Below, in pieces: positions 53,586-64,000 of a stretch of DNA of 64,000 nucleotides. The DNA lies in assembly GCA_040954595.2 (NCBI GenBank), contig CM082576.2, positions 14,077,129-14,141,128 of the forward strand, given 5' to 3'. The position numbers were made by a program, and so were the translations under genes. The stretch comes from Balanoglossus misakiensis. Its lineage: Eukaryota; Animalia; Hemichordata. Position 1 is the stretch's first letter; each line of letters starts with the position of its first letter. The notes under the pieces are model-generated. The model had not been told where the DNA came from and made no database searches. It saw nothing but the letters and a program-made list of their open reading frames with translations.

Positions 53586-54789
53586 ATGGATCGTTCTGTA
53601 TTAATATTAACTGAGAGGCCAGGAATCCCGTACCAAGGTGGTGTTGTTGCCGCTGCATTTACTGTAATCAAATTTTTGCGATCTCTCAAAGTTAAGACAA
53701 AAATTAATATTTACTGTACATCACTTTATGATATCACTGTTGAGGAGCAAAAGCTGATTGATGAATTTGAAGTAAAGCTTATTAAACCCAAACCAAAAGG
53801 TCGCTTCAACAAGCGGAATATCACATCAGATGCTCTTGTTCTCCATGACACTTATTTTCCACATTTGAGAAGTTTTGGCCCATTCTCGGCTGTTTTTGGA
53901 TTTGGTTTGGTATCATCAGATGCAGCTATCAAGATTTGCCAAGATCTTTTCCCGACAGCTGCATTTGTTCTTATTAATGTCTGGTCTGTCGATTTTATCA
54001 AACCAGGTATTCTCAAATGTGAGGAAGGGGAGTTTTGTGATCGGGTAGAGTCGTTAATGAATGTAGAAAGTAATGGTGCATTTGCGATACTTTCCTTTGG
54101 GATACACACTTATAACTACTTTGCAAGTAGGTATGGTAAAAGTACCATGTCAAAGCATTTAGTCTTGTTCCCTGATGTGAGTGGGATGGCGGATGATACA
54201 GAAATCAGAAAGGAGAATGCATTTTTTTCTGTGCTGCAAGCTGATGACGATTTCCGGCAGTTAGAAAAAGTGATTGAAGCTGTATCAAAAGCTTTGGACC
54301 GTTACAGTGACATGGCAAAGAGAACTCCAGTGTGGAAAATATGTGTGTCGCGTGAAATTGATGAGGAAATAGTTGAGAACTTACTTTCAAATCCAAAAGT
54401 CGATGTAAAGTACCTAAAAAACTATACATATGAGCTACTTGTTCAAGATATCCGTTGCTCAAAACTGGTGTTAATACCCCCTTCTTCCGTTCTGTCTATG
54501 AACATCGGTCTTATTGCTATGAATCTGGCAACACCTGTCTTGGTTAATCGGGATTCAGATGTTCACGGCATTGTAAGTGAATATCTCGGAGACTTTGAAG
54601 ATGACATTGTTGTAAAGATGTCGGACGTTGGTGTGTTCAGCAAGAAAATAGTATCGATGCTGTTCAAGACTGAGAAAATCCAGGAAAGGGCATTGCGAGT
54701 GAAAGAAGCACTGAGGAAGAACTCTGCAATTGACAGGGTGAATGACGAGGTTTCCTCCTCTATAGGCAGAGCACTGGGTTTGGATAAAT
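53586..54789 (+). CDS. Coding exon 1 of a multi-exon gene: divergent GT-B fold (GT4-like) glycosyltransferase domain
   Basis: ~400 open codons; acceptor ttttatttcacag|TG at 53578, ATG 53586. N-terminal VLILTE...GGV and C-terminal SKLVLIPPSSVLSMNIGLIAMNLATPVLV align with the GT4 pattern AD.xxxPSxxEGFGLxxLEAMAxGxPVV. Phase-1 donors possible after 54777 (gtttgg) or 54789 (gtaatt); unspliced stop at 54797. Confidence 0.85.
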
Positions 54790-55112
54790 GTAATTAGATA
54801 TTTATATACTTATTATAGCTTCACTGGTATTTATTTTCAGTTGAAATTAGCCTAATTTCTACGTTTGGTGCTGTATTTCACAATATCAAAAGTACCAGTT
54901 TTCAAAAATGTTAGCCCAAACGTCTAGACAGTGTAAATAAGGGGTATGACGTATTATGAATGTATAGCCATGCAGGTATATTGACACTTCAAGCTGAATT
55001 TCTTTCTACCTGGTACAATTATATCAAAACAAGTACTAGTGACTTGAGTTCTGTAGTTAAACTTTGACATTCCTGGGATTTGAGTTAACAGTTTGGTTCA
55101 TTTAATTTACAG

Positions 55113-55217
55113 CTGCTGTTAGGAGATTGGTGAAACGCTTTGAAACTTGTGAACAGCAAGAGACCTCAAGAAGTCCAACAGTAGAGGTATACAAAAGACC
55201 ATCTGTTACAATACCAG
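55113..55217 (+). CDS. GT4-like-ZU5 gene coding exon 2
   Basis: ttacag|CT...CCAG|gtcagt; 105 nt, phase 1-1; AVRRLVKRFETCEQQETSRSPTVEVYKRPSVTIP. Confidence 0.75.
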
Positions 55218-55763
55218 GTCAGTCTTATACATCAAGTTTGTAATATAGCTTTGGAATTTAACAGAAATAGTATTATCTAACTGTGTACACACATTTCTGC
55301 CTGAATCAATACAAGTTTAACAGACATACAACTGCAGGTAAAAGCTCCATTAACTGTAATATTTTGCTGTGTACTTTTGTTTCGTGTATCTACTGCAGTT
55401 TTCTGTTAAATCCCTGAAACATGATGAAATGCCCAGCATTTAGTTACATGTATTAGTATAGTCAGCATTGTCATTGTGCCAAATTTGAAATCAAGTACTA
55501 GTCTGGACTAGAATTCCTTTGTAAACAAAAACAATTGCTGTTACACACATTCAGGCCGTGTTTACTAGTGGAGTGCTGGGTATATTAGTATGCTGTTTGA
55601 GAGAAATTGCATTTGATACACAGAACAAAAAAATAAACTCGAAAGTTATCCATTATCGCTTATGTCCCTTTTATTGTCAGTACCTTTTATCCAAATGTCA
55701 TCATAGGTACTAGTATTTTACATGTTCAGTTTCTTAATTGTTCACAATATTGATTATTGACAG

Positions 55764-55844
55764 TACCAAGCAGTGATAAACAGGATGAAGATATTGAGTC
55801 GGAGAAGTTGCCAGTCCAAGAGGAACATGGAGGAATGCAAAGTG
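55764..55844 (+). CDS. Coding exon 3, acidic linker
   Basis: gacag|TA...AGTG|gtaaag; 81 nt, phase 1-1; VPSSDKQDEDIESEKLPVQEEHGGMQS. Confidence 0.75.
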
Positions 55845-56049
55845 GTAAAGTTTGCTACTCAGTTTTAGAATGGAAATTGATTCAGAATAATGAGTTAATG
55901 TGTGATCAATTTATTTAAAAGACACTGTTTAAATGGCCACCAAATGACAGATCTATTCATGAACATCTTTTATTTCTCATTCATCGAAGCATTACCTTTA
56001 CTTAAGATAATTAATTCTGTCTTTCTGATATTAATTTTTTGATTATCAG

Positions 56050-56148
56050 AAGAACCTAGCAGTCCACATGTAGAGAGTGGATCAGAGGAACCTCTATTTG
56101 GTATCGAAGATACACAACAGGCAGAGACTGCTGAAAAAATACATACAG
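56050..56148 (+). CDS. Coding exon 4, acidic linker
   Basis: tatcag|AA...ACAG|gtaagg; 99 nt, phase 1-1; EEPSSPHVESGSEEPLFGIEDTQQAETAEKIHT. Confidence 0.8.
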
Positions 56149-56423
56149 GTAAGGGAAAGGTGGAAATTGCATCGTAATAAACCACATTCACCAATGAAAC
56201 TGTGAGGTGTACTTGATTGTTACTGTTATAATCATTATTGATATACACCTATACACTTGCTGATATAAAACTTGAATAATAATCTAATATTTTTTTCAAA
56301 ACGATTTTCTCTGATACCTACGAGTGGCACAAACAGACACGTTTAGGAAAATCAAGTCTGAAGTCATTCGACATATTATTACCTATCAGGTTTACTTTAT
56401 GTTGTGATGTTTGTTTTTCCTAG

Positions 56424-56517
56424 GAGTTCAACTTCGACGAAAAACACCCTCAGGTGAAGGAAGGGTTCAACGCATGAAAGATAAATACAGGAGTGCAATG
56501 GTCATCTCCAGTGATAG
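56424..56517 (+). CDS. Coding exon 5
   Basis: tttttcctag|GA...GATAG|gtatag; phase 1-2; GVQLRRKTPSGEGRVQRMKDKYRSAMVISSD. Confidence 0.78.
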
Positions 56518-56777
56518 GTATAGTCAACAATTACTTCTTTTGTAGTAACAATTTACTAGTATATATTTAACACCCTAAAACAGTAAGCAAACATTGAAAT
56601 TTTCAAGGTATTAAATTATTTTATAAACATATTAAGATTTCAGAAATGAGCTTTTATGTTTTCATATATTTTTACCTTAAACTTGATGACTCCATTAACC
56701 CCCATGAGAAGAGCATTATCTGACATTTTAATAGTTTATATGTCCGTAAGAAAAATTCTGTTTAATCTCTTTTACAG

Positions 56778-56814
56778 CCAAAGTCATCAGGTTATATTCA
56801 GAAATCCTAGCAAT
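56778..56814 (+). CDS. Coding exon 6
   Basis: ctcttttacag|C...AAT|gtaagt; 37 nt, phase 2-0; SQSHQVIFRNPSN. Confidence 0.78.
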
Positions 56815-57042
56815 GTAAGTTAATATATTTTCAGTATATAGTTGCAGTATAATACTTATAAACGCTTTTGTGAAGCGACTGTGATCTGTACCAGTACATA
56901 GAAGGAGCGAGTTTGCAAATGATTCATCAGATAATTTAAGCAGCTGCTGTTACTTTGTAGCCAATTTGAATTGCTGGTTGAAGTGGTCATATTGAATTCT
57001 ACATGCATTCCCTGAAAAAAATCCTACTTCAATCTATTTCAG

Positions 57043-57199
57043 ATTTTAGATCCTGTGTTGAATTCAGTGTTTGAGGCCATTAATATGATTAGGACCATTG
57101 TAAATATTTATGAGATATGCAAGATTATCTGTGATCACATGGACAAGACAAGTAGATTTGAACATACTGAAGAAAAGCAACACAGGAAAGACTCAATGC
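57043..57199 (+). CDS. Coding exon 7
   Basis: tatttcag|ATT...ATGC|gtaagt; phase 0-1; ILDPVLNSVFEAINMIRTIVNIYEICKIICDHMDKTSRFEHTEEKQHRKDSM. Confidence 0.8.
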
Positions 57200-57218
57200 G
57201 TAAGTCCTCTCTCTCTGC

Positions 57219-57817
<599 letters not shown>

Positions 57818-57959
57818 GCCGGGCAATTATTACAGCAACTGTTTAAATGCTTTCATCAGTCATGATTTCTCATAGGTTTTACAAACTGTCTCTACATTCC
57901 ATAAATAACAATTAACAACTTAATTGTTCATCTGGAATCACGATTTTTTCATGTTTCAG

Positions 57960-58027
57960 ACAGAAAACAGTCAATCTCGACAGCATCCCAGGCAAGATCA
58001 GATAGCAGTACTGTTGACACCAAAGAT
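57960..58027 (+). CDS. Coding exon 8
   Basis: tgtttcag|AC...GAT|gtaagt; phase 1-0; HRKQSISTASQARSDSSTVDTKD. Confidence 0.78.
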
Positions 58028-58078
58028 GTAAGTGGACCAAGCAGGTGCTGTCATGTTCAGTAGAACAATTTATATTAA

Positions 58079-58385
58079 AGGGACAATGTCTCTCTCTCTC
58101 GCTGCCCCTTTTTTCATTAATTATGTTTGATACAAGACACCGTTTACGTTAGTCTACATGTGGATATATGGTGAATCAATGTTCGACCACACACAACTTC
58201 TATCCCACTTGTAGACACGAGAGTGAAAAACTCGCCAAAATGAATAAAAGGTGTTTACCATTTATTCATTTTGGCGAGATTTTTATTCTCATATCCTACA
58301 AACGGGATGGAAGTTGTGTGTGAACGGTGTCTTGTATCAAACATAATAAATGGAAAAAAGGCAGCGAGAGAGAGACATTGTCCCT
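58079..58385. mobile_element. 307-bp foldback MITE with TTAA target duplication (Kolobok-like termini)
   Basis: ttaa|agggacaatgtctctctc...gagagagacattgtccct|ttaa; arms pair almost to the centre (ctcgccaaaatgaataaa / tttattcattttggcgag). Confidence 0.92.
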
Positions 58386-58689
58386 TTAAGGAGTTCATAG
58401 TTCTTGATGAAGTAGAAAGTTCGTAGGATTATTACTGCTTGAGGGCGTACTCAACAGGATCAAAGCACTTGCATTCGGGAACTATAGATTCATTGGAGAT
58501 ATTTCCCATTAGTCCACAACCAAGTTTCTGCCAACCAGCTGTCACAGATCTTTGAATATTAAATGTGAATGTTATATAATTCTCTGAAACTATTAATATA
58601 CAATGTATTTAAATTTGGTATAACTTTTTTTATATGTCAGTGCAAAGTTCGTTTATTGATAAATTTGTACTTCTTGTACCGATTTACAG

Positions 58690-58852
58690 ATTTCAGACTT
58701 CATGTGTGAAATGAGAGAGTTCACACGTAGTGGAGATCCTACATCAATGAACCTGGCCATAAGTAAATATTCTGATAAAATCTCGGAGCGGTTTATGACT
58801 TTGGTGGACATTGAGAACAAACATGACATGATGGAAGGTTTGAATTTAGAAA
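58690..58852 (+). CDS. Coding exon 9
   Basis: tttacag|ATT...GAAA|gtaagt; phase 0-1; ISDFMCEMREFTRSGDPTSMNLAISKYSDKISERFMTLVDIENKHDMMEGLNLE. Confidence 0.8.
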
Positions 58853-59133
58853 GTAAGTCAATTACTTAGTCGTTTATTCTGAAACCAGTTGTAAATATTG
58901 AGATAAATAATCAATGTCACTACCTCAAATGACAATTTAAATACTTAGGGGTCCATTTCAGTCTGTATACTAGTAATTGTCAGCATGTGTCAATGTATAC
59001 ATGTACCATCCTTATGGTGATATACTATTGTGTCTTCAACCAGTAGTCCTCACCACCACCACTGCATTGTAATATTTCATGTGTTAGAATTTGCATTTGT
59101 TACATATGAACCCGATGTTGTCTTTCTATTAAG

Positions 59134-59308
59134 ATATTGTAGACATTGTGTCTGGTCAACAAGTTGTTCAATCACAGAAAACCAAACAATCTACTTTGGA
59201 AAAGAAAAGGGAGATGAAAAAGCAGAAGACCGTATTGAAAACTGCTCCAAGTAAACAGAAGAAAAAAGATAGGACCACACCTGAAATTGGTGCTCCAAAA
59301 CATTACCA
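59134..59308 (+). CDS. Coding exon 10, Lys-rich region and first half of a CRIB-like motif
   Basis: tctttctattaag|AT (or ttgtag|AC 9 nt later, same phase)...TACCA|gtaaga; phase 1-2; ...KKREMKKQKTVLKTAPSKQKKKDRTTPEIGAPKHY. Confidence 0.78.
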
Positions 59309-59550
59309 GTAAGAAATGATATAAGTATGGTATTTCATTTTAGAACATATCCTTTGCCCTCAGCCTGTCAGTTGTATCATGTTGGCTTGATATCAAATTG
59401 TTACACCACAAATTGTGGAAAATACATTAATAATTATGTTTCTTTCATTTCACTGTAATGAAAAACATGATCACGTAATGGCATACCGTATTGCATAGTA
59501 ATACCAGCATGTGATTAGTAACACAATTTCCCCCAAAATTTTGTCAACAG

Positions 59551-59584
59551 AGAACTTCTCCATGTAGACAAAAGTGACATTGAG
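59551..59584 (+). CDS. Coding exon 11, second half of the CRIB-like motif
   Basis: tcaacag|A...GAG|gtaaga; 34 nt, phase 2-0; QELLHVDKSDIE. Confidence 0.75.
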
Positions 59585-59596
59585 GTAAGATATTAA

Positions 59597-60329
59597 GGTG
59601 GCACTGCATGAAACCGTCGAGACTTTTTCAGAGGCCTATTTCTCATCAAAGACAAAGTTTAAACCCCCATAAACCATATATATTCTGGAAGCTGAGATTT
59701 TGAACTTTTGTTTGAGTTGCAAATATTATTGATCCCCGGAAATGGTGGCGATTTTGGGTGAAAAAAACCATTTTTTGATATTATGTCATGAAATTTAAAA
59801 TAGGTAAAAAGGTTGACCATGCATCATGCATCTTAATATGTCATTCGAAACTAAAGTACACATGCAAAAAAACGCTAATTTTGTTTTGCGTTATCTGCTT
59901 CCATTGAGGAGTAACAGCGTTTGAAAGTTAGATTTTCTGAAAATTTGATCAAATTCACGGTGAGTTGTATTGAATCAGAGTTTATTCCCGCCAGGGACAC
60001 TTTATCGACAAACAAAACTAGCGTTTTGTTGGATGGGTCATACACAATTCCCTGTCAAAATTTGAGCAAATTCGGCCAATGCAGGGCGAAGCTATTTTAG
60101 TCCGAAGTTGTCAAAAGCAGCGAAAATGCAAACCGAGAAAAACGGCCATTTGCATTGTTGACACCTATTTGTTAAGCTGTGAACTCATTCAGAAAAGTGC
60201 TATTTGGGGGTGATTGTGCACCATTTCCGCCAAGACGTATTAGTCAGGATGTGGGTGAGTATTAGGCCTACCGATTTATGTAAAAAAGTAAAATTTGGCA
60301 AAAATCACAAGTTTTCATGCAATGCCACC
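59597..60329. mobile_element. 733-bp non-autonomous DNA transposon with TTAA target duplication (Kolobok-like termini)
   Basis: ttaa|ggtggcactgcatgaaa...tttcatgcaatgccacc|ttaa; no ORF. Confidence 0.9.
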
Positions 60330-60496
60330 TTAAAAGAAAGTGTCTCCGCACTTGCATTGTTAAGACTATAGGAAAGATTGATGTGTTGCAGAACTCCAGT
60401 TGAAAACACATGTATTACTCAATTTGCATCCAAAATAAATATTAGTTGGACAAGTTCAGAATGTTTATTTTTGTGAAAATTATGATTATCTTCCAG

Positions 60497-60548
60497 GATA
60501 ATTTGGTTTACTCGAGCATAATGGTGGCTTCCAGGATGAAAGCAGCAG
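60497..60548 (+). CDS. Coding exon 12
   Basis: tcttccag|GAT...GCAG|gtaggt; phase 0-1; DNLVYSSIMVASRMKAA. Confidence 0.78.
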
Positions 60549-60693
60549 GTAGGTGTTCATAACAAAAGCCTGCAACCAATATCCTGACTATCAAACTTGT
60601 AGGCCTAACACTATATTCTATTTGCTTCTTCGAAAGACTACATATAAATTTGCAAGCAACCTCATACTTGTTTGACGTTTGTTGTATTATTAG

Positions 60694-60786
60694 AAGAAGA
60701 CTTGCGATCACGAAGACTGTTGCAACCTCTGCACCCACTTAGTGATGGTCGCTGGACTGATCTACATGGAAGCTCACAGTCACAAG
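60694..60786 (+). CDS. Coding exon 13
   Basis: tattattag|AA...CAAG|gtaatg; 93 nt, phase 1-1; EEDLRSRRLLQPLHPLSDGRWTDLHGSSQSQ. Confidence 0.75.
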
Positions 60787-61260
60787 GTAATGATTTCCTT
60801 ATTTCATCTGTGGTTTGGGTGGAAATAAAAATCATGCCAGTTCAAGGGCCTCATCGCGCATTGTTCCAGAACACGAAAGCTGAGATCATGCAAACACATG
60901 AAACATGTTCACGAATTTCTAATGTCACGCGATTTTATGCCACCGCCAATAGAATTCATAAAATGTGTTCAATTCAGGCGCGTTCTATTCTACATGTTTG
61001 ATTTCGGTTACTTTTTAAAAACTATTCACTGTTCAGGGTCCAGGTACTAGGTCTTCTTGTCGAAAATATAAACCCCGGTAAAAGGTTATTGCAAGTGAAC
61101 ACATGTACATGTCACAAAGTTGAAAAGGCTCATATTGCAGTTGAAACCAAAGAAATGCACACAAAAAAGTTTGACTTATGTTACAAAAATTACAGGAAAA
61201 TAAATTTATTGTGAACATTACCTTTAGACAAATAATAACCTTAACATGTCTGCATTTCAG

Positions 61261-61307
61261 AGGATATGAAAGACCAAAGATCACTCCTGCTCATTGCTGC
61301 TAAAGAG
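61261..61307 (+). CDS. Coding exon 14
   Basis: catttcag|AG...GAG|gtaggc; phase 1-0; EDMKDQRSLLLIAAKE. Confidence 0.75.
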
Positions 61308-61466
61308 GTAGGCATGCCGATTGAAGTACTTGTCGATTGTATTTTTTATGAATTTGTTCATCACATTTTTGTTTCTCAAATTGTCTTCAAGAAACAAGAG
61401 TGTGTAATCATGATTCATCTCAAATTTTGATAAAGTACTAGTATTTAAACTGTATTATAGATGGGT

Positions 61467-62300
61467 TAATAGAATCTCACACTCCCAAGGACCTGAGATC
61501 GTATTTCTCACACGAGTTGGGGATTCTTTGTCCCACACGAGCCACAGGCGACTGTGGGACAGAATATCCCCGACGAGTGTGTGAGATTCTATTTCTCACA
61601 CGACCACAAATTTGCGATATTCCCGTTTATTTACAATCAAAGAACTAAATCAATAAAATACCCACTGTTGACTGCATGACTGGTCAGTTATTGATCCGCC
61701 CCGCAAAACATAGTTCCCATTTCATCACGAGTTTACAGTACACACATGCTACAAAAATGTGCTCAACACATTAAAATATGGAGATTGTTTCCAGTGACAT
61801 AAATTCGCGGGATATCTGGAAAATACAACCGTTTTTTGCAAGTCTGTCGCCAACCACGTACACCACACTTGGATAATATTTAAGCAATAAAACACCCCCA
61901 GCCATGGTATACCACGAGATTTTGCTGGTCAAAATCGAGTGGTATACCATGGCTGGGGGTGTTGTATTGCTATTATATTATACCAGTATATTGAAACTTT
62001 GCATAAAACATTTTAAAAAGGCATTTTCTTTGACTATAAGTTTTGCGTGATATATGACTGTGGTATATGACTAATATATCACAGTCACGTGACGTGTCTC
62101 GACCAATAAAATAGCGTGATTTACACCATCAATATACTGGTATAATATAATTGCTCGTTCTGAGGGGTACGAATATCATTATCCGATCAGAGTTCGCGTC
62201 AGATAGCAGTTGTCTGTGCGCGCATTAACACAGAGTGTGGGATCGATTTGATCCCACTCTCTCTATCCAACACTCGCAGCGGCCAGGAGTGTGAGAAAAA
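61467..62300. mobile_element. Element with asymmetric inverted repeats (A..A'B....B'), Crypton-like, hosting a nested insertion
   Basis: aatagaatctcacac at the left end pairs with gtgtgagattctatt (~61579-61593); overlapping tttctcacac pairs with gtgtgagaaa at the right end. Confidence 0.6.
61880..62151. mobile_element. Nested 270-bp element with asymmetric inverted repeats (CryptonV-like non-autonomous)
   Basis: 33-bp arms agcaataaaacacccccagccatggtataccac (61883-61915) / 61939-61971, immediately followed by attatattataccagtatattga (61972-61994), which pairs perfectly with 62129-62151. Confidence 0.75.
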
Positions 62301-62601
62301 ACAATCTTTAATTGTAAATACAGGGTTATTTCATACTTGACTTGCATTGTATTTTAAGCATGCACCAGTACATGCATGATGGCAACTATGTTAGCATTAT
62401 ACATTTACATCCCATCCAAACTATTCCTGTTTTAGATGGCCTTGAAATCCAATAGGTAAGATCTGCAAAGGTCGTATTTGCTCGCAAATGCTTTCTAGTT
62501 TTATGACACATTGAGTTTAGTTACATTTTAACCTTTGACATTGGAGATTTCCAGCCCCATTTCTGGTTTTGTAATGATTTTATTTTATTTTTCCCCTAAA
62601 G

Positions 62602-62799
62602 GAAAAATGTACTTCCTACAAATTACCATGTGGATTTTCACTTGAGGTCCCACCAGAATGTGTGGAAAGGGACACAACATTTTTAGTCACATGTAAAAAG
62701 AACGTCACCAAGGTCCCTCTTGCAGACTTTGAATGGTATCAGTCAGATGTCCTTGATTTTGAGTCAGGTTGCAAAACACTGAAGAAACCAGTCTACCTT
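62602..62799 (+). CDS. Coding exon 15: ZU5 domain, apparently interrupted
   Basis: ttttatttttcccctaaag|GAA, phase 0; EKCTSYKLPCGFSLEVPPECVERDTTFLVTCKKNVTKVPLADFEWYQSDVLDFESGCKTLKKPVYL fits the ZU5 pattern GxSLxIPPxA...PL..E...SPVV.....F.KPVxL; similarity stops at 62800. Confidence 0.75.
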
Positions 62800-63450
62800 C
62801 ACTGCAAATTCTTCTGGCTTTCCTGCAAGCTAAATTCAAGCCAAATTCAAACCGGCTTGTTTGTCGCAAATCGGCTTCTTTCGTTTCTTCAAATTTGGCT
62901 TGATTTTGGCTTGAATTTAACTTGCTGAGTTGCCGCTTTATATAACTTACCGGCTTGCTGATAGACCACAGCAAATTTAATGAGTGGTGTGTAGGCCAAC
63001 CATAGTAATGAAATATGGCTTGCTGGCCTGCCATTCTATTCAGCAAATGAGCTTGAAGACACACCGATTCATTATCCAGTGGTTTGTCAACAAACCATCA
63101 CAAATCTAAGGGGTTTGTATATAAACCAATGAATATATTACGATGGCTTGCATGTAAGCCACTTTCTAAAACAATGGCTTGCCAACAAACCGTCGAATAA
63201 TACAAGGGGGTTGTACGTAAACCCTTAAAATTTACATTGCCTTGTCTGAAAGCCAACTTCTACTTAAAACTGGTGTGCTAGCAAACCAAACATGAATCAC
63301 TTCAGTTTGCCAGCAAACCAAAAATTAGCATTTCCTGGTTTGCTGACAAACTGAGAATGCTTGAGCAGTGGTTTAAAAAGCTGCCACTCTGCTTGGGCTT
63401 TGGCATGTATACAAACCATTCTTACACAGAATGCAGTTTGTAAGCAAGCC
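62800..63450. mobile_element. CACTG-initiated element with hairpin and subterminal palindrome array (CACTA/EnSpm-like end); other end not seen
   Basis: Starts CACTGCAAA; hairpin 62832-62917; 16 degenerate copies of GGYTTG-N4-CAARCC at 31-34 bp spacing from 62952 to 63450. Confidence 0.6.
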
Positions 63451-64000
63451 AAAAATTTGAATTGCATGTTTTGCTTCTGTTTACCTAAAAGCTATAGTTA
63501 TAAATTTGGGCAATTTTTAGCATTTTTGCTTTTTCAAGTGACTGCAGTTTCTTGTTCAACTCACCAAAGCATGATGCAATGCCATTTACTAGATTCTATA
63601 CACTGCCATAATTGTACAATCAGCAATTGTCAAAAAACATAATTTTAGTCCAGACCTGAACTCATTTGCAAAGGCCAAAGTTGAGATCCCGAACCTGGGC
63701 AGTTAATCATGCTTTAAGGAGTAGAACAGAAATAAGGAGTCGATACACTGAACAAAAATACATAAAAAATAGCCCAAAGTTAGTTACTATGCCCTTAAAT
63801 AACTTGGTCTTGAAGCATAACATGTGTCATATGTGCAGCATCTTAGTACTTCACAGTCAATGGTATGTTAACCTGTCAAAAAAGCACACCGAGAAAGATC
63901 TTTTTTGGTCAATCATTATTATTGTAATGACAATGTAAGAAAAATGGAACAACGGTAAATACATGGTATTATGTAAATCAAATGAATTAACCCCATAAAT

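Noticed and set aside
61261-61307. Ankyrin-repeat resemblance of SLLLIAAKE
   Set aside because: Single partial match with no continuation or further repeats.
62952-63450. CRISPR array interpretation
   Set aside because: Eukaryotic context, no cas genes, repeats degenerate and only 16 bp, spacers only 15-18 bp.

Overview
AT-rich, intron-rich animal genomic DNA; a marine invertebrate deuterostome is my guess from composition and gene content. (1) Minus strand, 1-~33.8 kb: the 5' part of an alpha-neurexin gene (signal peptide-LNS1-EGF1 exon, a 26-kb intron, two LNS2 exons), continuing off the left edge. The 26-kb intron lies at the position of vertebrate splice site SS#1 and holds two in-frame candidate microexons (33 and 21 nt) plus a frame-shifting 16-nt candidate, none visible as such in the ORF track. 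(2) ~34-50 kb: intergenic DNA with inverted-repeat elements and a possible LINE relic. (3) Plus strand, 53.6-62.8 kb: a hand-assembled, phase-consistent 15-coding-exon gene encoding a degenerate GT4-like glycosyltransferase domain, a long linker, a basic region with a CRIB-like motif, and a ZU5 domain. The ZU5 exon breaks off at a CACTG-initiated repeat carrying 16 palindromic 16-mers at ~32-bp periodicity. Many MITEs, nested Crypton-like elements and a 600-bp (ATCT)n tract are present. No rRNA, tRNA or CRISPR array could be supported. All exon calls come from reading the sequence, without transcript data.
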